A stretch of 64,000 nucleotides of DNA from contig NEEC01000020.1 in the NCBI GenBank assembly GCA_002189035.1, forward strand, positions 1,240,001-1,304,000. The letters are read 5' to 3'. Each line of letters opens with the position of its first letter. Position 1 is the first letter of the stretch. Made by a program: the position numbers and the translations under genes. Positions 1 to 13,806 of the stretch are shown here, piece after piece. This DNA comes from Utricularia gibba. Lineage: Eukaryota > Plantae > Magnoliophyta. The notes under the pieces are model-generated. The model did not search any database. It was given only the letters and a program-made list of their open reading frames with translations, and had not been told where the DNA came from.

Positions 1-455
1 TTCTATGCATGACATCTCCATGGGCACGACCCAAGCCGTGTCTATCTAGATTTTGGAGCTGCAATTTTGGATCATATTAGATTTGGAGTGTGTCCAGGTT
101 GTTGACTTTGATGACCGTAACTTCTTAAGTAGATTTAAGTTTATGAATTGAAGAATCTTGAGGAAAGAAGGTGTGCAGAGCAAGCGTATTTTATTTGCAT
201 GCTATTTGCGTAATAGAGATATGATCATCACTGGATGATGTTGGGAAAAGGAGCTGAAACATAAAGTGCTGTAAAATTAACGGCATAAGAATCAGTTCTA
301 GTTATTGGATATTGATGTGATATTAAGTGAGCGCTGCTTTTCACATCCAAGAAACGACTTGCATTATCTCGTTGTTGTGTTTCTATATTTATATGTTGGT
401 TAATGCAACAGAGCGAGATCCTATAGCTTACATATCCAACATGTTTCATTGTCAG

Positions 456-3320
456 CTTTGAAGGACTTGCCCTCAGCTTCAATGGTGGAAAAGATTCAAC
501 TGTGGGTTTTAACAGACGAATCCATTACCTGTTATAAATACGAGAAAAATAGAGAAAACTACTTCCACTTGTTTTTGTGCAGGTTCTGCTGCACCTTCTT
601 CGTGCAGGCTATTATTTGCATTTCAGAGGAGAAATTCAGTTTCCAATGAACCCTGAGACTGATGCATTCCCAATACGGACAATTTACTTTGAGAGTCCAT
701 CTGTTTTTCCCCAAATCAACTCTTTTGCTTATGACATGGCAACAACGTATGTTGAATTTTGGGATGGAATATCCATTTTATTGGCTTTCTCTTCACTATA
801 GCATAACCATATTATGAGTGCCACTTTCTTTCTTAGTTACAAACTGAAATTGGAAGTCATTCATCAAGATTTGAAATCTGGATTGGAAGCTCATTTAAAA
901 GAAAATCCAGTTAGAGCTATTTTTCTTGGAGTTCGTATTGGTGATCCAACTGCGGTATATATAAAATATATTCCTCTGTTTTCCTGTTTCATTATTTGAA
1001 TGGGTAAATCATGAATTATTAGAGACTTGCGGTTTGTCACTTTTCAGGTAGGGCAAGCGCAGTTCTCCCCAAGTTCTCCTGGTTGGCCACCTTTTATGAG
1101 GGTGAATCCCATCTTGGATTGGTCGTATAGGTTTGTATCTGTTGGAAATCATAGGAGTGGATTTTCTTATATGTCACCACCATCTCTTGTTATGCATTCT
1201 CAATTGGATTAGACTCTTACCTTCCTTTGTATGTAGGGACATATGGACATTTCTCTTAACGTGCAAGGTTCAGTACTGCAGACTTTATGATCAGGGGTAG
1301 CCATACTTTATGCTTAGATGCTCTGACTTTTTTCGTTTATATGGTTTTCGATCCTTTTGGTACCACTGCGGCCTCTGTTCTTTTGTATCACTGGGGTTTC
1401 TTTTTTTCATTGAAATTTGATCCGTTTCTTACTTGTCCAGTTGTTTAAAAAAACTGCAGATACACTTCCATTGGTAGCATCCATGATACTTCTCCGAATG
1501 ATCATCTATCTGATACAACAGAAAGCGGTAAAACATACTATAAGCCTGCATATTTGCTTCATGATGGAAGGTTTGAAAGAGCTGGAAGAATGAGAAACCT
1601 CAGTTCATCTATGTTGTCTGCTGTGAACAACGGTCTTAAGTGTGAGGATTCACAGGGTAAACGTGTCATGACAGCCTCGATCATCAGTGTTGGAGATGAA
1701 ATTTTGTAATCATTCTGTACTAATTATCTCTTTCTCAAAAATTTATTTTCAACAGAGTGAGGAATGCCTTCTATTTTTTTTTTCGAATTAAGGATCTGAA
1801 AATTCAGTTCAGTTTCCATAGTTCCTGGAATTTTTTTAAATGAATTTTCGTTGATTCCATAGCTCAGATCTGGCTCTGTTGACGATTATATGGGATCCAT
1901 GCTATGTAGAAAGCTTAATTCCATTGGTTGGACTGTCTCTCATCTTGCAGTTACTCAAAATGAGGTGAATATGTGAAGCTTCCTTTCGATTTTAACATAA
2001 GATATCTTCCATGTCTCTTAAGTAGGATTCTTCTTCCATTGGTTTACATTGTTCTTAGCTTCTCTTATTTGGTCTGTACAGTTGGACTCAGTGGCAGACG
2101 AAGTTGAGAAACAAACATCTATGGCTGACATTGTAACTTTTCCATCAAATATAGGGCCTTTATTCATTGTGATCCTGGAAACGTAAGGATACTCACCTCT
2201 TTTGCAGGTTTTTATATATGGAGGAGTAGGCCCATTACACTCAGATGTTGCCATTGCTGGTGTAGCTAAAGCATTTGGTGTGCGAATGGTATACTTTATC
2301 AATATCTGTTATTTACAATAGTTTTCTAAAGCCTTTTTTTTCATTTGCACTATTGAACTCTCAACCGATTTTACATTCAGAGACACTGTGAACCGCTTTT
2401 CCAGTTATTTTCATGGCTATACTGCACTGTTTCCTAGGCCCCAGATGAAGAATTTGAAGAATACTTGAGACATCTAATTGGTGAAAAGTTCAATGGAGAA
2501 GGAAATGAGGTAACAAGCTTGGATGTAGAAGAGGGTTATACAGCAAAACTATGGTGTATCCTATCCTTTATTATGTTGCTGTTGGTTACCCAGATGGCTC
2601 ATTTACCTGAAGGCATCACAGAATTGCTGCATCATGAGAGACTAAACGTCCCTTTGGTAAGCTAGTTGCCACCCATTTGGTAACAATGGCATGTGAGATT
2701 TGAGTTCTATAGCTTACTTCTGTTCATGCCTTTTGGTAGATCAAGTGTAAAAATGTCATCCTCTTCGCTGCAACAAATGTCCTGGAGCTAGAAAACGAGT
2801 GGGATTGCTTGACTGCTTTGATGCGGTCCGACAGACGTCTCATCATCATGCAAGAACCGTTTCTATCTACGAGACTGGAGACCGCTCTTTCTGATGTACA
2901 GTTTTACCCTCTCGTATAGTGGAAATCATTTCTCTTTTGGTTCATCATCATCTTCTGCTGTTAAATTTCTACAGGTGGAAGTTGCCCAACCACTTTCACG
3001 GATCTCCACCAAGTTTACCAGTCTCTACATTGGTAAGAAAGAGCTTTCATTGCATTTTCCATCTTCTCCCTCCGAGTTCATGCCATATTCTATTGAATTC
3101 CTGGTGTCCAGGTGCTTATCGCAAAGCCAGGGGAGGTTCTCTGGTAGTTACCATCCGTGGGAAGGTAAGATTCATTTACGGATTCCAATCATGCCCCAAT
3201 TCTGAGCATGATCTAAAATGAATGCCGTGGTTGCAGGATGAATGGAGAATTAAAGCTGCAGCAGAAGCGTTGTGCAAGCAATTCCCAGAAGACACATTCT
3301 CTGAAAATCACTCACCATGA
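456..3320 (+). CDS. FADS1: FAD synthase (PAPS-reductase-like FADS domain fused to a molybdopterin-binding/CinA-like domain); multi-exon, first exon not found and probably upstream of the window
   Basis: Manual GT-AG splicing gives [16 protein letters not shown] (456-531), [103 protein letters not shown], and TGA at 3318-3320. This matches the recalled plant FAD synthase (At5g03430-like) throughout. Confidence 0.93.
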
Positions 3321-4049
3321 AAGTCCACTGTTTTCCTGGTTTATAGTCTGGGTACCATCCATAACGCAAACCAAACCTTTGATGTTTATATAACGTCAAG
3401 CTATATAACCCAGGAGTGGAACGCATGCATCCAATGATTTGTGGATGTAGATGTGAGGACTCCACCACTCAATGGCTATCCGAACTTTGAATTTTGAATG
3501 GAGGAACCATTGGATCAAAGGTTTGTTGCAGTGCTGTAGTGTGGGATACTTGTGGAGTATCTATCTGTATATGGAGTTCTCAACTACCGCCATCTTCTTC
3601 CATTAGAGGAGCGCTTGGATAATGCAAATTATGGATTCTTCTAATAAGCACATAGGCGGTATTTGGTTGGGCATTTTATGTGGGTTCAGACTCGGGTTTA
3701 GTTCTAAACCTATATTTGCTTCTTTGTGGGATGCAAATGAGTAAAAATAAATTCATCCACTATTTATATATTCAGTAGAGCGTTAGTAAAGAAGACACTG
3801 AAAATGAGGGTAAGTAGAAGCATAAAACTAAATATATAATAATTACTTTACAGTTTATAATTTACATAATATATATATTTTGATTTTTAACTTAACTAAA
3901 TTTCATTCATCAAGTAAAAATACATTATTTTTTGAAACATATAGAGTGTTTTTATTTAAATACAAATAAACTAAATTTGAGTAAAAGTGCTACGAATGTG
4001 ACCATAGAACTAGTTGTAGCTAATTAAATCCTAGTAAAACCAAGGAAAC

Positions 4050-6050
4050 ATCTTCATATTGAAAGTCAAACAAATTCACTATATATCATTGTTGTATGCA
4101 CTACGAGTACAAGTGCTCTGAGTTTAGAGAAAATATAGCACAAACTCAATGCTATGATACATGCCTCTCTCGTTATTAGATTACTTACATCACAACCAAA
4201 AAATCACCTACCTTGACATGTAGCTTACCCCTTGAGACACACTAGCATAGAAAGAATTTGCTTTCTCCCACCCTCCACGTGGCTTGGTTCCATGTCAAGT
4301 AGAAACTATTATCAAACCCGAATTCACCATGGACTCACATATTATGTTCACTTTCAGCCTGAAAGCAAAAACATTAGCCCAACTACATCACCTCACTCTA
4401 AACCAACTTGCTCTTTGCAAACAGATTTTTCTTCTAAAATCACAACCTTGGATTGGGAAAGATGTTGTTATCAGCATTTCAACAAGTCACCCCTCCTTCA
4501 CTAGAAAACAATGGTCAGAGGAGAGCCCAATGGCAACAAACTCATATGAAGATGTGCACCAAAAGGTAACATTCGGATAGACACGTCTAAATTAATAGGA
4601 CCCAATTCTTGAGAAGAAGAGTAGTCAAAGGAAAGTGCCCAAGTGGAGCAACATTGGAGTATGAAGGTTGGTGTAGTCGTGGAGAAAAGGGGTAGCATGA
4701 CAATGGCATTGTAAGTAGTGCCCACACAAAAAATGACTAGTGATGGAGTGCTTGAAGAAAGCCACTAGTATAGATGGTATGAAGTTTTTAGGTTGTTTTT
4801 ACTCAAATTGTTGTAATATAAACTGCTTTTAGGCTAGATATAGGAAAGCAAGTAAAAAGATAGGTAACTCATAAAATAGGAAAATCGTGGGGGATGCTCA
4901 AACATGAGGAGAAAAGTTTCTTTCTGAAACTTGAAAGTTGCAGGAATATGGCACTCCAAGAAAGCTACAAGACACTGCAAAATTTTACCTTCATGGGGTG
5001 CTCTCTATCAAAAATATTTGCATAAATTGATTTGAAAAAAGAATCGTGACTCTTCCACCATATTTCTCGAACATTATACTAGGGTTTGTTTGATTTTTCC
5101 CTTTCTTTGGGAATATCCACCCTCTATGAGTCAAAGACAGCAATCCTGATTTTTCAAGAGGTGCATACTCTATCAGGTTCCCATGGTGGACAAAGTATAC
5201 AATATTGGGAAATCGGGAAGTGTAACTTACGTCCCCTGTTATCGAGCAATGTGGAACAATCTTGCATGCCCTTATCGGGCAAGCACTACTAACTTGTTAC
5301 CATGCCAAGTAGATCCCTTTGTTGTTTGAAATCTCTCCCAAATGTGTTTCCCATATCCCTTAAAAATAAGAAAATAGAATATTTCTCTCTTTTACAACAG
5401 AGAAATATTACGTGAGAAGTGGTCAAGATCATACCTTCTTATGAAACGATATTACTCTTCAAGAAGGCCCTCATAGGAAGTATCTAGATAATAATGAATC
5501 TAGGGTTGTTACGAGAAAGGAAAAATAACATTTAGTGCTTTTCTCATATTCTTTCAGCTTTCACTTGTTGGGCTGACACTTGAGCTAAGCTCTAGAAGAC
5601 AAGCTTTGAGGAAGGAGCATGAACCCCATCTAGGTAGACCTTGTCAAGTATTTGTGCAATAGGGTACTCCCTCATCAAATCAATGCTCTATTAATAGCAC
5701 TTTTTAATTGATAGGACCTTTTTCCATTGGCACGACAATGGTCATTCAGCGTTGTTAGAAACCTAATAAGACAAGTTGGTGTCACACCTAAAACAAAAAG
5801 AAGAGAGCCACATCTAAGCGAGTTATCACTCCCTTCATTGCTTGATAAGTGTCTATAGCATATTTCTAAAATGAGGGACTAGGCACAAGATAATGTCAAA
5901 TGATACGTAGTGAAAAGGAGAACTCTAGTCTTGCCAATAAACCTTTTGTAATATATAATGAAGAAATAGAAAGAAAACAAGGAACTTTTGACCATTGTAA
6001 ACTCAACTTATCTAGAAGGAAGGTAAACTTTAAAGATAGAAAAAATCCTC
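4050..6050 (-). mobile_element. Highly degenerate Ty1/Copia internal remnant (gag/integrase/RT-RNaseH traces)
   Basis: Minus-strand translation shows broken integrase-like text near 4900-5070 and an RNaseH-end-like segment near 4090-4300, with many stops and frameshifts. No LTR pair is resolved. Confidence 0.45.
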
Positions 6051-8214
6051 CAATACTTTAGTAGTTTTTGGGTGGAACCTTGTGGATTTCTAGGTTCCAT
6101 TTGTGGATTTTTCTTATTTTTTCGGTTTACCATTTGATTTCCTCTTTTTTGGGTTACATAAATTGTTATAAACTCTTAATATTTTAAAAATTTACAAAAA
6201 TTGAAATATTCATAAACCCCATAACATTTAGCATTGATCTTAACCTCATATTTTCGTTCATTACTAATGGGAGTCTAACTATAGCTTGTTTAATACGAAT
6301 GAAAAAGGATGCGATTACTTAAGATTGAAAATAGTTGATTGATTAATAAATGATTCATAATTCATTATTAGCCATGAGATTTTATCTCGATTAATTGCAT
6401 CAAGTTTAATAATAATTGCTTGACTCAGTTTAATGACATTCGAAGAGTTTGAGTAGGTTAATGACATTGGAACATACCTACATTTTAGTATTGAATTAGA
6501 TACAAATACGATGAAATATGTTCAATGCACGATGGCTAGTTATAGAAAATATCAATCAATTCATCTAATTATTCTTACATCTTGTAAATTACGATATCTT
6601 GTTAGACATCACTTATGATTGATAATTAATTAATTAAATTAATTATTATGGCCTTGACTGAAGAAACATATAAAATCACACCTAATAATGAAGTTATTTT
6701 TTGATATAAAATAGAATTGTAAAATTACATGAGATATAATTGTTAAAATAGATAAATTAAATAAAGAATTATTTTGAGATTAATATTGATTAAGCTTAAA
6801 ATAAAAGATTTGATTTAGATAAAATTTGATAATATATATTTTTTAGATTTTTGTAAAATAAGATATTTATGAAGATTTAATTAGATATATTACCAATATA
6901 ACATGATATGGAAAATTAGTTTTTTCAGGTTTTTAGTTCATTCATTCTGTGAGATTTACCTAGTAACTGGTGATTCTCTCTAATAATTCACTATCATTTT
7001 GAAGTTTTAAGAAGGTTACCGATGAATTGTTTCACATGTGAATATCATATAGGCCATCTACTGTTAGTGTTTGGTGAACTACGAAGTCCATTAAAAGGTA
7101 CTTTCCGTACCACTTAATCTGATATATACTATATTCCAAGATCTGCAATTTAAGTCTCTCAAAAAATTTTAAAATTTTGCTACATTGCGATGTCTGAGAG
7201 AAACCTAACAGTAGCATCGGAGCCATGTTGCGGAATGCATGTATATGTTAGAATCTTTAACAAATTGTTGTTATGATTTTATGAGATCCTCTTGTATGTT
7301 GTCGGTTAACGTCGTTAAAGCATGTGATGAATATGTCGTATTACATTATTACTTTATGGGCACAAAAGTTTATGCATGATTCATGCTTCCGAGAATTATA
7401 TCTTTCGTGTATATGCATGACATGTTGATGATTTATGCATGTTTTGTCATGGGACATGATGGGATATGCACGAATTTTAATGAGCATGATTACATTGATG
7501 AATTATTGGTGCATGAAACATTTGATAATTTATTTGTGACCAAGCCATCTAGGATCAATTAGGATTTTCAATTATGATGTTTAAAAATCCCGAAATATAA
7601 TGTGTTGTGAAAGAATGAGTAAAGGTTGCCAAGAAACCTATGTGATAAAATATTGATATTCAGAATGCAATAGTTATCTATGGAAAAAATCCCCTACCAA
7701 ATAATTAAGTATACTCCTATTGACATAAGGAGAACCGCATTAATTTTTTGTTGATAGAGTTGTTGGTTACAATCAAGCTCTTCACTATACATTGCATGTT
7801 TAAATTATGGAATTAGATTCAGAGTGGGTTGGCTTAACTAATTTTATCAACTTGTTGACTAAAACCAAGATTGATAAAAATTAGAGGAAAGATTGAGGTA
7901 AATAGTTTTTCAATCAAGAGTTAATGACTCAATGATATAATAATTTTATGAAAGATACAACTGGCATGAGATAACTACATGTTTTTTCGTTAAAGCTTGT
8001 TAGTTATAGTCAAGATAGAAATGAATGAAATGAGATACTATCTCAGTAAAAAAAATTGATTTTCTTGTTTTGTCAATAAGGAGCTATCATTTTAAAAAAT
8101 TAGTGGGAGTAGATCATATTTGATAAAGATCAATTCGATGTGATTTAAAGAACATTAAATGATATGTTTACTTTCTCTTCTTCATGTTGAATATATGTTT
8201 TCTTGCATGAATTT

Positions 8215-10200
8215 GAAATATATTCTACAATACAACAAGATGGTTGGATTGAATTTTACTAATTGGCATCATAATTTGAGAATTGCTTTTAAGACAGAGA
8301 AGATTGCTGATATCCTTAAATAAGATGTTCCTGCACAACTAAGGACTAATGCAATCAAAGATATAACTTTTAGAAATTTCTAGAGGTCTCATCTTTCAAT
8401 CTGATCTATCACATGATTTTTTGGGGTGAGCACATTCTAACTATATTTTATCTTCTTAATAGATTTCCTTATACTATTCTTAATTGGAGAACATCTATAG
8501 AAATGCTTTTGAATGTAAACCCATCTATGATTATTTAAAGGTGTTTGGATGCCTATATTATGCAACTATAATAACTCCTTATAAAGAAAATTTTTCATCT
8601 TGAACAACAAAATATATTTTTTTCGGTTATCTAATGAATCGTAAAGGTTATAAATTTTACTCTTTAGACACCAAGTAGATTTTTATTTCTACAAATGTGA
8701 AATTTTAAGAATGTATTTTTAGTAAAGGGACATTCATCCCTTGATTTTAGTGATTTAGAATCTATTCTTCTACTTTTTACCACCAATGAGGAAGGGTCTA
8801 TTCTTTCTCAAACCAATGAATTCTCCTTAAACCACGATTGATCAATTTTCTACTCTTATTTATGTTAATTCACCACAATTTTCTCCTTCCATTCCTAATT
8901 CCCCTACTCATATGATCAATCAAATGTCTCCCTCTTCACTTGATAACTTTGAAATGGATAACTCCATATCCAATCAATCATTCAATGAGTCCCCATTCCT
9001 TCTTCTAAGAAAGAGTGATCGAGTTACAAAGCCTCTAGCCTGGGCCGCATATTACATCAACCCTTCTTTTTTCACTTGACTCTACTTGTTTGGCCAACAT
9101 ATACAGTGTACATGCCATGTGAGATGAACCAAGAACTTACATGGAAGCAAAAGAAAATTCAGCTTGGAAATATGCCATGTGAGATGAAATTGTAGCTTTG
9201 GAAGCCAATGATACTTGAACACTCGTCAACCTACCTCAAGGTAGTAAGCCTATTGGATGTAAGTAGGTTTATAGGATTAAATTGAATCTAGATGGAAGTA
9301 TGGCACATTACAAGGCATGTTTGTAGCTAAAGAATACAACAAAGTTGAAGGTGTTGATTACTATGATAGCTTCTCTTTGATTGTAAAAATGGTGATCATT
9401 TAACTGGTATCAACCATTGGTGCAATGAAATGATGGTTTTTACATCAATTAGATATCAATAATGATTTTATCTATGATCACTTGAATGAAGTCATTTATA
9501 TGATCCCACTTGAGAGCAATGACAAAGGATCTTTAGAGAAAGTTTGCTGATTAAAGAAGTTACTGTATGGTCTTAAACAAGCTTCTAAACAATGGAATAT
9601 AGAACTTACAAATGCTCTATTGTCTTTTGGCCTCCTTGAAGCTCAGTTGGATAACTATCTATTCATGCATAACACTAATGATTCAATTACTTTATCGGTG
9701 GTGAATGTTGATGATGTTCTATTGATAGGAAGTTGCTTGAACTTTATTCAAGAAGTGAAGTTCTATCCACATAGGTTTTTTACTATGGACTTAGGGTAAC
9801 CCACTTGATTCCTTGGTTTGGAGTTACATAGGACAACTAGTGGTATCACAACATAAGTATGCTAATGATATTGTCCAAGATATGAAACTTATAGATTTGG
9901 CTCCATCACTTACTCCCCTACCATACTGTAAGTTTAGTCCACTTAGAGAGGGAGATATATTAGAAGAAACTGTTTAACTAAAGCTGGTAGGATGTTTACT
10001 CTATCTAGGTTTTACTAGACATGATTTAGCTTATGTAAGTAAGAAATTAAGTCAGATTCTTCAACATCCTACTTCAAACTAATGGGAAATTGCAAAGAAA
10101 GTTGTATGTTATCTTAATGGTACCTTGACATGAGGCTTATTTTTTCCCAAGTATGGTGATTTACATTTGGAAGCTTATTGTGATGCGGATTGGGGTGCAT
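8215..10200 (+). mobile_element. Degenerate Ty1/Copia pol remnant (post-integrase, RT, RNaseH start) preceded by a short gag N-terminal fragment
   Basis: ILQYNKMVGLNFTNWHHNLRIAFK (8220-8300, gag-like); PSYDYLKVFGCLYYA (~8520); EPRTYMEAKENSAWKYAM..EIVALEANDT..LVNLPQGSKPIGCK (9120-9265); LYGLKQASKQWN (~9565); LHLEAYCDADWG (~10160-10195). Many stops. Confidence 0.8.
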
Positions 10201-10398
10201 ACATGTTGAATGACAAGACATAAATGAGGATGCAAATGATTATGTATAAAAAAGAAGATGAAAGTTTATTGTATATTCATATTCTTTTTCCCTTCCCTTT
10301 GTATATATATTGCTTTGTTCATTTTACTTCAATAGAGAAAAAATCCCCAAATCATGCTCTTGTTTAGAGTACCCGCAATAGGGACCTTCCAAAGCTCC

Positions 10399-10433
10399 CT
10401 ACCACATGTGTCATCAATTGACACATGTGGTAG
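10399..10433. repeat. Perfect 15-bp inverted repeat with 5-nt spacer
   Basis: CTACCACATGTGTCA-tcaat-TGACACATGTGGTAG read directly from the sequence. Confidence 0.95.
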
Positions 10434-10566
10434 TCATGATGGGTTGTGAGGTTCCTCTTAAATTTAAAGTCAACTCAAATGGTGGGCTAAATCTTTTGAA
10501 GATGACTTAAGTACATGATAGGATATTATAAGTAATAAAGTAGTCATGTTGCTTTGATGTGGTGAG

Positions 10567-11683
10567 TGATAAACAAATATTTCCTAATATCGTTGCAATA
10601 AAAATAGAAAATCCGTTATCAAATAAATTTATAATCCCTAATCTACACAAAATACAAATTTAGAAAACTTGTATAGTGGATATCGGGGTCGATCACGAAG
10701 AGCTTGCGCTTGCTAAGTGTTTTAGTAAATGCATGATTTCGGATAACAGTAGGTCTTAGTCTAAACTCGGACTAACAGTGGTAAACAAGTTCAGTAAACA
10801 AGATAGGTAAGCAATATCAGGTTTCAACGCTAAAGTGACAGGTACTAGTTCTAACTTAGAATAATATTAGGACACCTTAAGGATCTGCTGGTGGTGTTAT
10901 ATTAAGGTTCCTAACTTAATTTACTATTTTTCTATACTCACAACTTCAAATAACCTAAGTCTACCCAGGTCATTCATCATATTTTTGGCTAAACTAGTTC
11001 CCAATATCATAACCAACATTGCAATTAGGTCTACCCGCATGCAAGACATATAGAACTAGACAGAAACTCGAAATGTTCAGAAAATGAAAAGTAAATAAAG
11101 ATTGTTCTTCCGCCCGTTAGCTACTGTTCTCCGCTTGGAACAGTAGCGCTAGACTGGGCTCCGGTGCTACTCTTGGTGACGAAGGCTTTCTTCCCCCTTC
11201 TGGTTGGTATTTTTCTCGTTGGGGAAGAAGACCCCTTGCGTCTCCTCGCTGTTCTATCTCCCCCCTTGGCTATTTCCGCTCTCTCTCATTTTCAAAATAC
11301 ATTATCCCCTCTCCTTCACTCCATCGCAGTGTTCCTGACCGCCAGTACTGTTCCTGACTGCCAGCACTGTTCCCGGCCTGAACTTGCAGACTGCAGGTGG
11401 CGGCAGAACAGTGCTCTTTGTCCTTCTCCAGATTTTGCACCCTTTTTCACTTGTTTCACACGCTTGCAAGTCTCATTTTCTGGTGATTTCCCTGCTAAAC
11501 TTACCGAAACATTAGTAACAAAAGTTGTGGACTAAATCAAAGGATTTAGTCCACTTTTCAACATAATTATATAAGATTAACATAAACACCACTAAAACAT
11601 GAAAAACCACATTTATCTAACATAAACCATAATAAAATACAACTATTTTGTATTATGAATTTCAGGAAAAATGTGTGTCATGA
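10567..11683 (-). mobile_element. Solo LTR of an Athila-like Ty3/Gypsy element
   Basis: Starts TGATAAAC at 10567 and ends GTGTGTCATGA at 11683 (the sibling copy ends GTGTGTTATCA at 28974). Flanked by an identical 5-bp TSD, GTGAG (10562-10566 and 11684-11688). 10760-11060 is clearly homologous to 27770-28070. Confidence 0.85.
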
Positions 11684-12809
11684 GTGAGATTCAAGACTTT
11701 GTTGATTCAATTTAACCCATCCTCTCCTCTCAACTCCGCTTCCATCTCAAATTCTCTTTCTTCTTCTAAGTTTGAAATTCATTGGGTTAAATCTCTTCCT
11801 GCTCCTAAGTTTGAAATTCATTGGGGTTATCATCTTCCCACTACCATCCCTATATGCATGCACGAATATTTGGATCCAGAAAAAAACAATTGAGTCATGA
11901 AGGAGTTTGAAGAAAATAAATAATGTTGCAAACACTTGCGAAGTACTTGCTACTTTTTGTATTCTTTCCCAAACATGCATACTATAATAAGTAGAAGCAT
12001 CCCTAGTTTTTTTATTTTCAGTTTACTACTTGAATTCTTCATTCTTTTGGATAACCCCCAAGCTAAGTGATTCTTCACCTAGCATACATATTTTTGCCAC
12101 TACTTCCTCTCAAGTTCTTGTAACTCTTCTCTATGTACAATGTTCACTATTGCCATTGTTACTTAGTAAAATCCTTTCATTGGGTGAGAATATCCTCTAT
12201 TTTTCTATTTTTTTATATACCAAGATAGATTGCTTTATTGCTTTTCAAAAGAAAACTCATAAAATATCTAATTTTACAGAAAATCACCAAAAAATATTGA
12301 ATAATTCTTTAGTCCTTTACCAAAGACATATAAGATGATTGTAAGTATTGCATAATGATTCATTGGCATTAAAAAGGTTTATGATTTTTAGCTTCCTAAC
12401 TTGAAGCTTGAACTTTAAAACTTCCAACTTGAAATGTTATCCTCGGAATTTGAGGATTTCAAGAGCAATTGAAGGAAAATAATTCTGTAAAAATGATCCT
12501 CATTATCTGCATGTCTGTAATACACAAAAAATCTATAACGATTAGATGTCCATTGTAATTTAAATTTTGGGCTTTGGGCTATATCTTGATCATGTACTTA
12601 ACTTCTTCTCTTGGGTCTTTTTCATAGCAACCTTCCTTGATTCAGAACCATATTTATATGACTCATAGTTGATTATCCAAAATCAATTCCTCTTCTTCAG
12701 CCCAGTGTTGTTCCTAGGTTTTCTCTCCTTCTTCACCAAAAACACCAGATTGTTGAGGGTTTTCTCATCACTTTCCCAATAGGCGTGAGCACATAATGGA
12801 TTTCAGTGT

Positions 12810-13806
12810 TCATGGCAAGTCTATGCAAACCTCCTTACTAAGTTCAGAACACTTGGTGTCGTTTATCAGCCCACAAAGAACTTCCTTAGCTTGCCTAAGC
12901 ATACGAAGCACTTGTTTCACATGTTCATTAGCCACTTGTGTATGTACCGCTCGAACTAAACCCATGGAATCATCTACTTGATAGTTAGAATCCCGATCCT
13001 CTTCACTGTACGATTTTACACTAAATACTTAAGTTTAAGCTAAGATACACTACATCAAAGATCAAAGTTAATGAATTAATAGCTTAAAGACCTTACCATT
13101 TCTTATCCATCTGCTGATTATTGCTACAGCTGCTGCACTTTGATTTCGAATCATCACCAGAGTTCGAGCCTTTGCCACTTTCAGGTCGATTATGCTCCAG
13201 AATCGATGAGCATGAGCTTCCTTCAGTTTTGGAGGTGACTGAGCTTAAAAACTGAGTATTCCCCAAAACATATACCTCATCATCTTGTTTTCCATCAATG
13301 ATCTCTTTCTTTGCTAGAATAGGTGAAATGCCAGGTGAGTCTTCAAAGCATAAACCCTCTGAATATGAAACGTGCCGGAAGTTCAAAATCTCCAGCTTCT
13401 TCATCAGAAGTCCCAGCTTTTTCTCAGCTTTGTTTCTTGATTTCTCCTCGTCTTTCAGAAGAATTTCCAGTTCTACCAACTGAAAATATTCAACATTTCA
13501 AGAACTTTTTACTTAAAACCGAAAAGAAGTTGAAGAAAAAAAATAAGAAAGCGGAAGCAGTCCGACCCTATTTTCCAATTTATCTGCTTCCTCTTTAGCA
13601 TTCCTCGACGCCATTCTCTCAGCGAGTAATCTTCCCCTCAGGCAATCAACTTTCAGTACCATGCTTTCAAATTTCAGTTTGTTATCACTACATAATTCAC
13701 AGTAGCCGTTACTTCTCCATTGAAAACCCGCGAAAAAATGATTTGAGTAGAGGAAAGAAACATACCCAATGTCCGCATTCGCATTGTCTCCAAGACCAGT
13801 CTCCAT
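12810..13806 (-). CDS. Uncharacterised plant coiled-coil protein (..DCLRGRLLAERxASR.. family), 3-4 exons
   Basis: Exons 13806-13766, 13687-~13570, 13479-13097 and ~13020-12810 join in frame at GT-AG sites: KVDCLRGRLLAERMASRNAKEEADKLENR|LVELEILLKDEEKSRNKAEKKLGLLMKKLE...VDDSMGLV...VKQVLRMLRQAKEVL, stop at 12810-12812. The motif is recalled from unannotated plant proteins. Confidence 0.75.
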
